Virus record (IMG/VR): IMGVR_UViG_3300025645_000054 | Coordinates: 1-64,000 of that record | Strand: one strand, 5' to 3' | Origin: a virus | Length of the DNA stretch: 64,000 bases | Shown: positions 20,607 to 30,866 of the stretch, piece by piece | Position numbering within the stretch: position 1 is the stretch's first letter | How the letters are laid out: the number at the start of each line of letters is the position of its first letter | Notes under the pieces: generated by a model | Database searches by the model: none | Told to the model about the DNA's origin: nothing | Seen by the model: only the letters and a program-made list of their open reading frames with translations | Made by a program: the position numbers and the translations under genes

Positions 20607-21371
20607 TTAGACCATTGCCATGCCGGTCAGACCGTTGAAGGTGCTGTACAGCGGATCCGAAGTCACCAGATCATACATGGTCAGTTCGTAAGGCATGTTC
20701 TGGAAGTCATCCGTTGAGAATTGGATGTTGAAACCAGCCGTGATGCGGACCTTCGGGAAGATCAGGGTCATCGGATCTTCATCCGCCGTCAGACCAACGA
20801 TCTTACAGCCGAGGAACGGCATGACTGACTTGTCACCCAGACCAACCACTGATGCAGCCTTGACCGTCTCACCAGCAGCGATGACATCGGGCAGAGCGCT
20901 GTCAACGGTGATGACGTCCGTCGCGATGGAGACAATCTTGCGGACGTAGTTTTTGTCCTTGGCACCGCTTTGGATGATGACGTAATCGCCGGCAGTGAAG
21001 TTTGCGCCGTCGCCTGTTTCCACGTCAATTGTGGTATCCAATGCGACCACTGGTGTCGCCAGTGTCGAGGTCCCCGTTGGGATCACGTGCGCGGAACCAT
21101 CCAAGCCCTGAGCGTACAGCATGTTCGCAGCTGTATATTCATAGACTTCCATCGCCGCGCGGACCGAGTTGCCTGTCATAACGGAATAGACGTTGGTGTT
21201 CTTCACACCCTGGGTCAGGTCAGTGAAACTTGGCTCCGTGGTCACGGAGACGTTCTTTGTCAGACCGACGCCATGCTCTGCGGGGGTCAGGTCGAATACA
21301 TCAGCTGTAGGACCAAACATCACGGTCGCGGTCCCTAGCATAAAGTCTGTGGTCTTTGCTTCACCAGCCAT
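20607..21371 (-). CDS. Major tail (tube) protein
   Basis: Synteny; strong RBS AGGAGA; downstream terminator; FMLGTATVMFG...MPYELT. Confidence 0.8.
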   Translation of the reverse strand: MAGEAKTTDFMLGTATVMFGPTADVFDLTPAEHGVGLTKNVSVTTEPSFTDLTQGVKNTNVYSVMTGNSVRAAMEVYEYTAANMLYAQGLDGSAHVIPTGTSTLATPVVALDTTIDVETGDGANFTAGDYVIIQSGAKDKNYVRKIVSIATDVITVDSALPDVIAAGETVKAASVVGLGDKSVMPFLGCKIVGLTADEDPMTLIFPKVRITAGFNIQFSTDDFQNMPYELTMYDLVTSDPLYSTFNGLTGMAMV

Positions 21372-21510
21372 TGGTGTTTCTCCTAAGTTTTGGTTCAATA
21401 TTCTGTGTTTGAACTATACTGGACGCACCACAATGGATCTAAGGTTTTATTTGGTTAAATTAAGTCAAGGGGGTATGACTACTTCAGGACCACTATTTTA
21501 GGAGGCTATC

Positions 21511-21711
21511 ATGGCCAAGCAGACAAACTTCAAGGCGCTCTCCCTGCGCATGCGCCCGGACCTGTACCAGCAGATCCAAGCCCGGGCCGAGGTGAACTCC
21601 CGTTCATGGAACGCTGAGGCCACCGTCCTGATCGAACGGGGCATCGACGCCTCGGTTCAAAGCGACTTGGTTCTTAGCTCCGCAAAAGCGCCAAGTCTGA
21701 AATCAGGTTGA
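21511..21711 (+). CDS. Arc-family ribbon-helix-helix DNA-binding protein
   Basis: LSLRMRPDLYQQIQARAEVNSRSWNAE matches the Arc/Mnt signature; AGGAGG RBS. Confidence 0.88.
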   Translation: MAKQTNFKALSLRMRPDLYQQIQARAEVNSRSWNAEATVLIERGIDASVQSDLVLSSAKAPSLKSG

Positions 21712-22108
21712 CGAACACCGGTTTTGCGGGCTGGGTTTCAGTGTTCAAGACACTCCCGGCCCGGATCCCCATGTGGGTGATCAGGAACCCTTTCGGGGTT
21801 CCAAGGACGGCGTCCCGCACCAGTATGCGGCTCCCCAATTCCAGCTCATTGATCAGATTGTTGACGATCTCATCCATGCGGTGAAGGTTGGTGTCCGATC
21901 GTGTGGAGACCACGAAAGCCAGTGTCACTTTGATCTCCCCCTCCCGGAAATCTATCATCACGTCGCTGGGGCCAATGAAGTCCCCCTCTGGCCATGACTC
22001 TGGGTCCGCGTGGGCGTCGAGGTTCAACGCGGTGAGGCCATGTTGTGAAGCGAAGTCACTGGCAAAGCGGAGGATCGCTGCGGAGATGTCGCGGTATGGA
22101 TTTTTCAT
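21674..22108 (-). CDS. Putative tail terminator/completion protein
   Basis: Position and size only. Confidence 0.5.
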   Translation of the reverse strand: MKNPYRDISAAILRFASDFASQHGLTALNLDAHADPESWPEGDFIGPSDVMIDFREGEIKVTLAFVVSTRSDTNLHRMDEIVNNLINELELGSRILVRDAVLGTPKGFLITHMGIRAGSVLNTETQPAKPVFVNLISDLALLRS

Positions 22109-22791
22109 GTGGCTGCTTTCTTGAACTCATTGAGCATGACGACCTCAGAATAGTACTGGGCGAAGGGGACGAGGAACGGCCGGCGGGTCTTCGGCCCAGA
22201 CCCAAACCCCTCGTTGTGGCTCAGGATATGCCTGACCCGACCATCGAACGGATCCAGGAGGTCATGCTGGTTCTTGACCTTGCTGAAGAGATCCAGCCCG
22301 AGGGTGGCGTTGAACACCTGATCGATCGACGCGAACTTGCCGTCCAGTTGGAGGATGTTTCCGGTGAGATTAATTCGAGCAAGACCTTTCTTCGATCCGG
22401 CAATATCCCCCCGCACAGATCCGATCTTGATCTTCGGACGTCCATACGCGGTGACGGGATCTGTGCCCGCGATCTCGTCCCGGAAGGAATCCCCCGAGGA
22501 GGTGATGCCCTGATAGAAGTTGTTGTTGGTATTGTTGCGGGTCTTGGACTTCTGATAACGCCACTTTTCGGTGTTGGGAGCCCACCGAACCCCTTGTGCC
22601 ACCAGCACTCCCGGGGTGGATTGGCCCCCGGTGAGCATGGCCATGGCTTCAAAGAACAGCGCAAAACGGTCTTCCAGCTTCTCCTCGATCGATTTCTTTT
22701 CACGCAGAACCGTCTTGAAGAATTTGGAAGAGAACTCATCGTAGAGAACCCGGCCGATTTCTAGCGTGATCTCATCCGCCTGTTTGGTCAT
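22105..22791 (-). CDS. Putative neck/tail completion protein
   Basis: WAPNTEKWRYQK and RRPFLVP motifs of virion morphogenesis proteins; synteny. Confidence 0.5.
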   Translation of the reverse strand: MTKQADEITLEIGRVLYDEFSSKFFKTVLREKKSIEEKLEDRFALFFEAMAMLTGGQSTPGVLVAQGVRWAPNTEKWRYQKSKTRNNTNNNFYQGITSSGDSFRDEIAGTDPVTAYGRPKIKIGSVRGDIAGSKKGLARINLTGNILQLDGKFASIDQVFNATLGLDLFSKVKNQHDLLDPFDGRVRHILSHNEGFGSGPKTRRPFLVPFAQYYSEVVMLNEFKKAAT

Positions 22792-23291
22792 CAGTTGGCC
22801 TCCAGAATGGATGCATCCCCGATCGGTTTACTGGTTCGGATGGTGTATTCCCCAAGGCGGTCGCCCGGGCGGATGACGGTGGGGGCCCGAATGATGAAAC
22901 GGATCCGCTCCATCTTCTGATCGGCCACATCCCCGCGGGGTTCCACCGAACAGGGGAGGGCCGGATCCAGCAGCTTGGCGGTGAAGTCTCGGTCCATCCC
23001 GGTCACCACGTCGACCACCTTCTCGTCGCGCATCAGCGGGAGACGGTGGGTGATCATGAATGCAAGGAAGCGGCGTTCATCTGTGCGGGCGGAATGTTCA
23101 AAGAGCAGATATTCCCCACCATCCCCCCGGACGATGGCACCGGTCTCGATCTTGACCTGGGGATCCACACGGAGCATCCGGCGGGCCCGCATTTCATCAC
23201 CTTCAAAACGGTCCTCAGGATCCGACAGGATCCCATGAAACTTGATCCCGGTGGAACTCCGGAACAGCGAGGAGAGGCGCGGGGACATCAT
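22791..23291 (-). CDS. Putative head closure protein
   Basis: Synteny; IRPGDRL motif. Confidence 0.5.
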   Translation of the reverse strand: MMSPRLSSLFRSSTGIKFHGILSDPEDRFEGDEMRARRMLRVDPQVKIETGAIVRGDGGEYLLFEHSARTDERRFLAFMITHRLPLMRDEKVVDVVTGMDRDFTAKLLDPALPCSVEPRGDVADQKMERIRFIIRAPTVIRPGDRLGEYTIRTSKPIGDASILEAN

Positions 23292-23983
23292 CCTGTGAAC
23301 GGGTCATCTGGGGAGGACAGGGCGAACAGCGTCGGGATCACGACCGCCGTCTGTGTGACGGTGTCGAGGGCTGTGGCCAGTCTCTGGCTGATGCGGTTGG
23401 CCAGTTGGTTGAAGTCAATCTTGGTGCTGCGCTGGACCTGACTGTCTTCGGCGCGGACCACGATGAGCGCCCGCATGGAGATCGAGTCACAGATGGTGAG
23501 CGCGGCCTTGAGCATCACGGCCTCATTGGTCGCGGCCCCCTGCTGGCCTCCGGACAGGAGTGCTGTCTTGAACACGTCCCCGTTCTGCCAGCGGAGAGCG
23601 AAATACGACCGGATCAGATCCACATCCTGATCGGGCAGCTCCTGAACGTCCAATCCCAGCGCTGACCGGACGTCGGCCGGGGTCGCCGTGAGGGGCAGGA
23701 ACTCCACGAGGTGATAGGGGATCAGTTTTCGGTGAGGCTTTGAGTTGTGGTAGAAGTCCAGTTCGAAGAACCGGTCTTCGTATTCGGCGTCCCCGGTCAG
23801 ACTGTTGTAGACCGCCGGGATCGTGATCAGCTCAGTGCTGGCCAGAGAGGGCATCGATCCGCTGACCACCACTGTGCCGGCCGAGGTCAGGACCCGGTAT
23901 GTGGCAGTGGTGGGGACGATGAATTCACCGTCCACCATATAATCGATCAGAAGGGACGTGTCTTGATCAGCTAGATGCCACAT
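23288..23983 (-). CDS. Putative head-tail adaptor
   Basis: ATPADVRSALGL motif; synteny. Confidence 0.55.
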   Translation of the reverse strand: MWHLADQDTSLLIDYMVDGEFIVPTTATYRVLTSAGTVVVSGSMPSLASTELITIPAVYNSLTGDAEYEDRFFELDFYHNSKPHRKLIPYHLVEFLPLTATPADVRSALGLDVQELPDQDVDLIRSYFALRWQNGDVFKTALLSGGQQGAATNEAVMLKAALTICDSISMRALIVVRAEDSQVQRSTKIDFNQLANRISQRLATALDTVTQTAVVIPTLFALSSPDDPFTG

Positions 23984-23993
23984 GTGCTATCCC

Positions 23994-24350
23994 TTAGTTC
24001 TTGGATTGACCCTTGGTCTTCTTGGGCGTGGAGGCTGGCGCGGGCGCGGGCTCAGGCTTGGAGGCTGGCGCGGGCTTGGGCTTGGGCTCAGGTTCGGACA
24101 GGGTCGAGAGGAAGGCATCGACGGCGCTCTCCTTGTTCTCTTTCCAGAACTCAGCAAAGTCCGCGTCGGTCGCTGTCAGAGGGAGATTGCCCTCAAGAAC
24201 TTTCAGCTGGCCGGCCGCAATCCGCTGTTCAATGAACGGGGAGTTGCTCACCACACTGGGCCGGAAGGGATTGACCTGATCTCCGGTGTACCGATCGCTG
24301 AGCATAAAAGCCCCGGTGGTTTTAACGATGGTCTTCATATTGTTCTCCAA
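23994..24350 (-). CDS. Hypothetical protein after MCP (Pro/Ala/Lys tail)
   Basis: ORF; short PAPA repeat. Confidence 0.6.
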   Translation of the reverse strand: MENNMKTIVKTTGAFMLSDRYTGDQVNPFRPSVVSNSPFIEQRIAAGQLKVLEGNLPLTATDADFAEFWKENKESAVDAFLSTLSEPEPKPKPAPASKPEPAPAPASTPKKTKGQSKN

Positions 24351-24352
24351 TG

Positions 24353-24386
24353 AAAAAGGGCCCGCCCACCCTAGGGGAGCGGGCCC
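24353..24386 (-). terminator. Terminator after the major capsid gene
   Basis: GGGCCCGCTCCCC-TAG-GGTGGGCGGGCCC then TTTTT. Confidence 0.8.
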
Positions 24387-24404
24387 GATGTAAACGACCG
24401 CAGC

Positions 24405-25586
24405 TTACGCTGTGGTGTCCAGGATCCGACGAGTGTCACCGAATGCCAGACGGTAACCAGAGGTCTCCGTGCGGACATAGGTGATCGACTGGTTACGGAT
24501 CGCGTTCTCGGACTCAGAGATGATCGAACCGGCTTCCACCAGCTCTTCCAATGTCTCGCCACGGTTGAACGCCATCAGCTGGCCAGCTGGCATGCCGCTG
24601 GACAGAACAAAGCTCACCGCGTTGTTCATGATCGGCAGGGACAGGTTGACACCTGGGGCACCGGCCATCGCCATTTCACGCGCTTCAACTTTGTCCGATG
24701 CCAGAGTTGGCATGAACATGAACAGCAGGTCCACAAACATATCGTAGTTGCCTACGATCACGTCAGCAGGAACACCGTCCTTGGCCATCTTCATCAAGAA
24801 CTTCGCCAGTGCTTTGTAGTTGACCGACAGATCGTTGATCGTACCACCATGTGTGGTGATCGCTTCAACGGTCGCCGCCGCATTGACGCCATCGCCATTG
24901 ATGAGAACGCTTGTCGCGGCCCCAACTTTGCCGATTTCCAGTTCGCGGGCCACACGGGCAGCGTAAGGTGTCAGGATGTCAAGGGAAGCGCGACGGTTGA
25001 ACTCGTAGGATGTACGATACGCCGAACCATGCTTGAACATCTGGACAGACTGTTGGCTGGTACGAATGGTGCGGACAGGAATGTTCGCCAGTTCAGGAAC
25101 GGTTTGCGTCCCACGCTCGGAACTGTCATCATCGACAACCGTCGACAAAAGCTCAGTGCCTGAGATGGTGCGTGTTTGGGACAGCAAGGGAGCCACTGTT
25201 TCCAGCGTATCCTGACGGTCCTTCCAGCGCAGCATGTCGTCGATGACTTCAGGGAACATCGCACGTGTGCCCGGGAACTTCTGGAAGCTCTCGGAGGACG
25301 CCTGCAGCAGAACACCTTCGTTGAAGTCATTGCGTGAGGGCAGACCCAGCGCGGCGACGGAGAGTTCATAACCACTCAGGCCCGCTTTTTGTGCCTGCTC
25401 GGCAAACTCGCCAGAGCGGGTATCAACCGCAAGGCTCAGATAGTCACGCAGGCTCAGACCGTAGTCTTTCGCTTGAGCAACCAAGTTGCTGCCGGCTTCG
25501 GTTGAGGCACCCTTGCTCTCATCTTTGAGGCCTGCGATCACTTGTTCGACCGGGCGGCGCTTCAGATCGGTAAGATCTTTCATCAT
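24405..25586 (-). CDS. Major capsid protein (HK97 fold)
   Basis: VPELANIP E-loop, FKHG...SYEFNRR, LINGDG; synteny. Confidence 0.9.
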   Translation of the reverse strand: MMKDLTDLKRRPVEQVIAGLKDESKGASTEAGSNLVAQAKDYGLSLRDYLSLAVDTRSGEFAEQAQKAGLSGYELSVAALGLPSRNDFNEGVLLQASSESFQKFPGTRAMFPEVIDDMLRWKDRQDTLETVAPLLSQTRTISGTELLSTVVDDDSSERGTQTVPELANIPVRTIRTSQQSVQMFKHGSAYRTSYEFNRRASLDILTPYAARVARELEIGKVGAATSVLINGDGVNAAATVEAITTHGGTINDLSVNYKALAKFLMKMAKDGVPADVIVGNYDMFVDLLFMFMPTLASDKVEAREMAMAGAPGVNLSLPIMNNAVSFVLSSGMPAGQLMAFNRGETLEELVEAGSIISESENAIRNQSITYVRTETSGYRLAFGDTRRILDTTA

Positions 25587-25594
25587 TGTTCTCC

Positions 25595-26020
25595 TTACAG
25601 AATCAGAACTTCGATGTCTGAGCCGGATACCGCTGTCACGATATTGGCCGAGAGATCGGGTTCATTTGCGGTGTCGCCCACGTTGCGACGAGGGCCGACT
25701 TCACCTGCGGTGGCGGAGCCAACCACTGTGTCGCCAACGACGATTGCGTCGGTACCTGCAGCCTTTTGGAAGCGGAAGCCGCCTTTGAGGGCTACGGTGC
25801 CTACTTTTGTGCCTTCAACAACACGGTCTTCGTAGCTCACAAGAGAACCGATGACCCGGTCGCCATCACCGGCAAGTTTGACTGCGCGGGTGTTGGCGGA
25901 GTCAAGCGTGACCGCTTTGCCAATGTCTGCGGAGGTAACTGTACCTGTAACGTAGAAGGGGAAATGGAAGTCTTCAGAGACGAGACCGCGGTGGGAAATG
26001 CCTTCACCAATAACTGACAT
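25595..26020 (-). CDS. Head decoration/cement protein
   Basis: DIGKAVTL..VKLAGDGD.VIG; directly upstream of MCP. Confidence 0.75.
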   Translation of the reverse strand: MSVIGEGISHRGLVSEDFHFPFYVTGTVTSADIGKAVTLDSANTRAVKLAGDGDRVIGSLVSYEDRVVEGTKVGTVALKGGFRFQKAAGTDAIVVGDTVVGSATAGEVGPRRNVGDTANEPDLSANIVTAVSGSDIEVLIL

Positions 26021-26035
26021 GATGTTGATCCTTTC

Positions 26036-27154
26036 TTATTTGCGGGATTTGAATGAGGCGAAGTTTGAGCTTTTTGGGCTCTTGTCCGCATCTGTGACTG
26101 CCGAGGCAGAGAGCCCACCGGCGGGCGTTTCGGCCTGCAGATCAGCGGTGGATGCGGTTGGCTTCGGAGCGGTCTTCAGCTCTTCAATCGAGGCCTTCAG
26201 CGTTTCGACCGTAGCGGCCAGCTCTGTGAGAGCTTCAGCAGTTGAGTCTGCCTCCACGGTCTCAGCTGGCACTTCGGTGGGTGTCAGGGCTGTGACCAGT
26301 TCTTGGATACTGGCGTTCAGACCTTCGAAAGCGACCTGGGCATCAAACTCTGCCGTGGAGGCCGCAGGGGTCTCAAGTGTGACCTCCGGTTTTTTCGTCA
26401 TCTTGACTTCCTCTTTCATTGTGGTGGGGGATGCAAAGAGCGTCACGGCATCAGGCGAGAAGCCATTTGCTGCCAGACGATCTTGTTGCTCTTGGGGCAT
26501 GACCTTACGGGCCCGACCATGGATCTTCGCGTTGGTGGCTGCGCCCCGGGATACGAGCGACAGCTCCATCCACTTGTCCAGTCCGGACAGGACGGCATGG
26601 GTGCCATCGACGCCAATGGTGTGATCGTTTTCGCAAGTACGATCCCACATGTGCATAAAATCTGTGTCTTCTGCGAAATAGTCGAAGCCGCACTTGGAGC
26701 AGAGCAGCTGCTCTGACTTCAGGCCGACGGACACCTCGTCGAGGATTCCTAGATTGATGCGCTCAATCAGAGCCGCCTCAGATCGGGGCAGGAAGAACTG
26801 GGCACGGAGTTCAGAGTTGCCGTCCACCATGTCATCGACATAGGCGTGGAACACTTTACCCACCGGCAATTCATCCCCCTGCAGGTGCAGGGTATGGATC
26901 GGCACGGCCTCGTTCTTGTCATTCACGCTGGTGGCCATGGCCGACAGGGTGCTGCGCGTGGCCCGGGCGTTCTCAAAGATCGACCCGGCCTTGCTCAGAG
27001 GCAAGGTGTTCAGGGCGGTGGCCTCAAACACGACGATGTCATCAGCGGAGACGTCTGTGTCCGTGACGAAATTGATCTGCTCCAGCATCGCATCCGTAAC
27101 GTCCAGTTGCTTGCGCTTCTGGCGATGCTCGGAAAGTTGTGCTACCTCAGGCAT
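26036..27154 (-). CDS. Prohead protease with scaffold-like C-terminus
   Basis: H...PVGKVF, ILDEVSVG, CxxC...H...C, ELSLVSRGA; acidic Ala-rich tail. Confidence 0.85.
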   Translation of the reverse strand: MPEVAQLSEHRQKRKQLDVTDAMLEQINFVTDTDVSADDIVVFEATALNTLPLSKAGSIFENARATRSTLSAMATSVNDKNEAVPIHTLHLQGDELPVGKVFHAYVDDMVDGNSELRAQFFLPRSEAALIERINLGILDEVSVGLKSEQLLCSKCGFDYFAEDTDFMHMWDRTCENDHTIGVDGTHAVLSGLDKWMELSLVSRGAATNAKIHGRARKVMPQEQQDRLAANGFSPDAVTLFASPTTMKEEVKMTKKPEVTLETPAASTAEFDAQVAFEGLNASIQELVTALTPTEVPAETVEADSTAEALTELAATVETLKASIEELKTAPKPTASTADLQAETPAGGLSASAVTDADKSPKSSNFASFKSRK

Positions 27155-27237
27155 TGTCGTGGTTCATCCATTTACTTTGGTTGACTTGAAAAATACAGGT
27201 TCTGACGTGTGCAAGTCAAAGCATTACTTGAACGAAT

Positions 27238-27444
27238 TTAGGCATCCTTGCCCTCGATACAGTTGACGTCCTGATATTTGATCGTGACCTCAAAGTTGGA
27301 TGCGAAGATCTCCAGGTCTTTGAGGGTCTGTTTTCCCATCTCTCCGCATTCCTTACGGGTCTCGACAGGGACCGTGATCAGACGGTGGCACTCGGCCGGT
27401 TGGCCCAGCAAAGAGAAACACACGGTCAGCTCAAGAATCCACAT
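27238..27444 (-). CDS. Small Cys-containing, possibly exported protein
   Basis: MWILELTVCFSL hydrophobic start; four Cys. Confidence 0.5.
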   Translation of the reverse strand: MWILELTVCFSLLGQPAECHRLITVPVETRKECGEMGKQTLKDLEIFASNFEVTIKYQDVNCIEGKDA

Positions 27445-27445
27445 C

Positions 27446-28906
27446 CTACTTCTCCACTTGGTTTCCATTACCGGCGGGTTTGCCCCCCTCAGGGGTGGCG
27501 GACTTCTCGAGGGCTGAAGGCTGGGTGCCTTCGGCATCGGGGGCTTGGACAGGGTCTAGGAAATTGGTCCCCGACAGCTCCGGGGCGTTGTCAGGCCGGA
27601 TCCGGCCATACATCTCGAGGTGATACTCGTCGTCCGAGATGATGCCCCGGGACAGATCCGCCAGCAGGCGGGCCTGTCGCATGGCGTATTGGGCCTCGAG
27701 CTCCGTGGTCGGGCGCATCTCTGCCGGCCGGAAGGTGCAGCTGACGGTGATCTCTTCGTGGCCCAGCATGCGGATGCCCATGGTGAGCATCTGGGAGAAG
27801 AGCTCTCCCACCGGTTCGTTGATCTCTTCCGCGTTCATGGTGAAGAGGCGGGCCTCGACACTTGCGGTGTTCACCCCACTCTCGCCCCGGCCCAAGATGG
27901 TGGACATGGTGCGCAGGGCCGCTTGGTTCTGAGCGTTCAGGGCCCCGATGATGCTGGTGACGTCGATCCCGGAAGAAGGGTTCTTCTCGTTGAGGATTTT
28001 GGCCTCCAGTGCATCGGTGTGCACAAAGGCCTGTTCCGGGCGCAGGTCTGACAGCTGGGTGGTGAGGTTCTGGATCTGGGTCGCGACCCAGGATGATTTC
28101 TGGCTGGGGTCGGCCGCGACCGCTGCCGGGATGTTCTTCATCAGCACTTCTTCGAGGACCGTCACCTCGATCCGAGGGTACCCGGTGAAGCGCATGATCC
28201 GGTACAGGTCGTTGACCACCTGTTGGCGGGCCGCGACCGTGTTGATGGAGCTGACGAAGGGGGAGTTCGAATAGATCGATGTCGGATCCCGCCGGAAGAA
28301 CGAGATGAAGAACGTGGCCACATCCAGATCAACCTTCTCGGACGAGTTGGTCGGATTCTGCTGGGGCTTGAAGACGGAGTTCTCTTTTTCGAACCATTCC
28401 AGCGTGGCGGTGTCTACGATCCGGATCTGATAGGGCAGCTTCTGCTTGTTCAGGACCAGCTCTGCGGCACAGGCCCCGCGCAGCAGGATCATGTAGCGCA
28501 TGTTTTCGCTGATCGCGCGGAGCGACGGCTTCAGCTCAAACCCGGTCTTATAGTCAAACCGGGTGGTCAGGGCCGAGATCAGGACGTTCAGAGATTTCTG
28601 GGCATCCCGATCGATCAGCCCGTCCATGTCTTTGCACACGAACACCGGCTCGGTGTTGGCGACGGTCAGGAAGGCGTTGACGGCGGCGGAGACATCCGGG
28701 TCTTGGACGAAGAGCCGACGCATGAGTTCGCGGCTGTCCGACGCCTGTCGGGTTTCGAAGATGTCTTGAAGGTGGTCCCGGTAATCCGGCAGCGACAGGA
28801 TGTTCTCTGAGCTCGACGGGTTAAAGGTCGAGGAGACCGCTGTGCCCCTCGGATTGGTCCGGTTGGGTAGAATAACCTTCAACAGGGATTCAAGATTCAG
28901 GGCCAT
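27446..28906 (-). CDS. Portal protein
   Basis: Directly follows TerL; about 486 aa; DPDVSAAV motif. Confidence 0.85.
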   Translation of the reverse strand: MALNLESLLKVILPNRTNPRGTAVSSTFNPSSSENILSLPDYRDHLQDIFETRQASDSRELMRRLFVQDPDVSAAVNAFLTVANTEPVFVCKDMDGLIDRDAQKSLNVLISALTTRFDYKTGFELKPSLRAISENMRYMILLRGACAAELVLNKQKLPYQIRIVDTATLEWFEKENSVFKPQQNPTNSSEKVDLDVATFFISFFRRDPTSIYSNSPFVSSINTVAARQQVVNDLYRIMRFTGYPRIEVTVLEEVLMKNIPAAVAADPSQKSSWVATQIQNLTTQLSDLRPEQAFVHTDALEAKILNEKNPSSGIDVTSIIGALNAQNQAALRTMSTILGRGESGVNTASVEARLFTMNAEEINEPVGELFSQMLTMGIRMLGHEEITVSCTFRPAEMRPTTELEAQYAMRQARLLADLSRGIISDDEYHLEMYGRIRPDNAPELSGTNFLDPVQAPDAEGTQPSALEKSATPEGGKPAGNGNQVEK

Positions 28907-28979
28907 GGTACTTCCGGAAAAAGAATGATCCCGCAATACATACCAGAATAGGACTTGCAATGACTAGAGATTTACGAAG

Positions 28980-30737
28980 TCATTTCAAACCGAGACTTAC
29001 ACGCTGACTGTTCTTGCCAGTGGAGATCTTGTAGGGCGAGGTGGCGTTGGTGTCCATCTCCACCCCTGTCAGGATGATTGTGGAGCGATTTTCCGAGAAC
29101 AGACCCTTAACCAGTTCCTGAACCTTGATCCCGGCGTAGAGAAAGGCCCCGGCGTGGAAAAAGTGGTCATTGCCAGTCATCTTGATCCATGTTGCAGGCT
29201 TCCCCGGTTGCTCATCTCGCACCATGTCTTGGAAGTGGTCCACGAGCTCCTGCTTGTGGTTATCATAGCCTGAAAACCGGATGTGCTGATGACGGACCAT
29301 CTTCACAATTCCGTCGATGACCCCGGTCCGACTGACCTGCGCATGGGTTACTTCCTTGGTCAGCTGGTCCCGGACGGCGTTGAAATCTTTCGTGCCGCGG
29401 TACTCGACGGGCAGGATCCGGCCATCGGATACATCCCGCAGGGCCTCGGCGGTGGGGGTGTAGGGGTGTCGGTCGCAGGCCCCGCCGATCACGTTGTAGG
29501 AGTCCAGGATCATCTTTACCTCTGTGACCAGAAGGTCGGCCGGCACGGTCTTGATCAGCACGGCCTGCTGGTCCTCGGTGGAATAGCCTTGGCTGACGAT
29601 GATGTGACAGGTCTGGCCCACGTCGATCCCGATCCATGTGGGCTTGGTCTTGTCGCGCGGGGTAGGCTCCTCGACTTGAGAGGTGATGCAGGCTTTGATC
29701 TCCGCTTCCGAGAGACGCGCGGCCCCGGCCTTGTCGGCCAGTCCCAGCACGGTGTTCTCAAAGCCCCGCATGTAATCCCGCTGCCGATACCGGAACATCT
29801 GCTGGATGATATAGGGCACCCCGATCCGGTCGGTGGAGAACGGGGAGACCCGGTAGCCTCGGTGGTGGGTCCGGGAGGCGTACCGCGCCACCCACTCCCG
29901 GTTCTCGGTCCGGGACAGGTCCAGTGGGGACCGGCACTTCTCACAGACCACCTGACCGTCGTTGATGTTGATCATGCCGTTGTCGATCATGCTCTCGTCG
30001 ATCTCGCGCAGGGTCAGGTCCGAGGGCAGGCCCGGGACGTCCACGAACTTCTCGTTGAAGAGCGGGATGTTCCAGTGGTTGCAGGCGTCACATTTGCACA
30101 GGTACTCGTGCTGGTCGGAGCGTTCAAAGCCGCCGTCCACGCCGAAGCCCTTGAAGGTCGGGGTGGAGAAGCGCTGGTTGATCTTCCAGTCGGAGTTCTG
30201 CAGGCGCGAGTTGAACAGGGCCAGCATCTGCTGGTCAGAGAGGTCGATTTCGTCGTTGAACACCACGTCGGCCGAGATCGACGTCGCGTCCCCCTCTTTC
30301 ATGCCCGTGACATAGAGGAAGCTGGTGCCGATCTGGATCAGGCCCTTGGACCGGGTGGGCTTCTCGCCCGAGGCCGTGTCCAGGTTGAACGCCTTCTCCT
30401 CCTTGGCCAAGGGTAGGATCCGGGTGGAGGACATCCGTTCGAACATGTCGTCGTTGGGCATCGTGAAGATCAGGCTGGTGCCCCGGTTCCGCGCGAGGAA
30501 CGCAAGGGACTTGCGGACCTGAATCTCGGACAGGCCCACCTGTGAGGGCTTCACCACATCCATGTTGGGATGCATGTCGTCCGTGATCGCCTTCTGGAAG
30601 GGGTACCGGTCAAAAGAAAAGGGTCGGCCGCGCAGTTTGGTGTTCGCGCAGATCCAATCCCCGATGCTCATGTCTTTCGTGTCAATGCTGAAACGCGCAT
30701 CGATCCGATCGACCAGTTCTTGGAAATAGTGGCTCAT
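28980..30737 (-). CDS. terL: Terminase large subunit (GpA-like)
   Basis: YPFQ adenine-binding motif, KPSQVGLSE Walker A, VFNDEID Walker B, STPT, two CxxC, GIDVG nuclease, NDHFFHA. Confidence 0.93.
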   Translation of the reverse strand: MSHYFQELVDRIDARFSIDTKDMSIGDWICANTKLRGRPFSFDRYPFQKAITDDMHPNMDVVKPSQVGLSEIQVRKSLAFLARNRGTSLIFTMPNDDMFERMSSTRILPLAKEEKAFNLDTASGEKPTRSKGLIQIGTSFLYVTGMKEGDATSISADVVFNDEIDLSDQQMLALFNSRLQNSDWKINQRFSTPTFKGFGVDGGFERSDQHEYLCKCDACNHWNIPLFNEKFVDVPGLPSDLTLREIDESMIDNGMININDGQVVCEKCRSPLDLSRTENREWVARYASRTHHRGYRVSPFSTDRIGVPYIIQQMFRYRQRDYMRGFENTVLGLADKAGAARLSEAEIKACITSQVEEPTPRDKTKPTWIGIDVGQTCHIIVSQGYSTEDQQAVLIKTVPADLLVTEVKMILDSYNVIGGACDRHPYTPTAEALRDVSDGRILPVEYRGTKDFNAVRDQLTKEVTHAQVSRTGVIDGIVKMVRHQHIRFSGYDNHKQELVDHFQDMVRDEQPGKPATWIKMTGNDHFFHAGAFLYAGIKVQELVKGLFSENRSTIILTGVEMDTNATSPYKISTGKNSQRVSLGLK

Positions 30738-30782
30738 AACTGAGAGGTATCACAGTAATGCTCAAGTGATAAACAGTAATGG

Positions 30783-30799
30783 ATTGCATGGAAATGTAT
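30783..30799. promoter_or_regulatory. Motif B copy (ATTGCATGGAAATGTAT) in the divergent TerL/primase intergenic region
   Basis: Exact reverse complement of 53226-53242. Confidence 0.7.
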
Positions 30800-30866
30800 T
30801 TATTTAAGTTGCCCATGGGGAGGACTGTATCTATACCGGTTTTTACTTCACAAAAGGACAACAGAG

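Noticed and set aside
21372-28979. Shared late-promoter or CtrA (TTAA-N7-TTAA) motif upstream of structural genes
   Set aside because: The intergenic regions at ~21430, ~27200 and ~28950 share only a weak gTAT, and no full CtrA box was found by eye.
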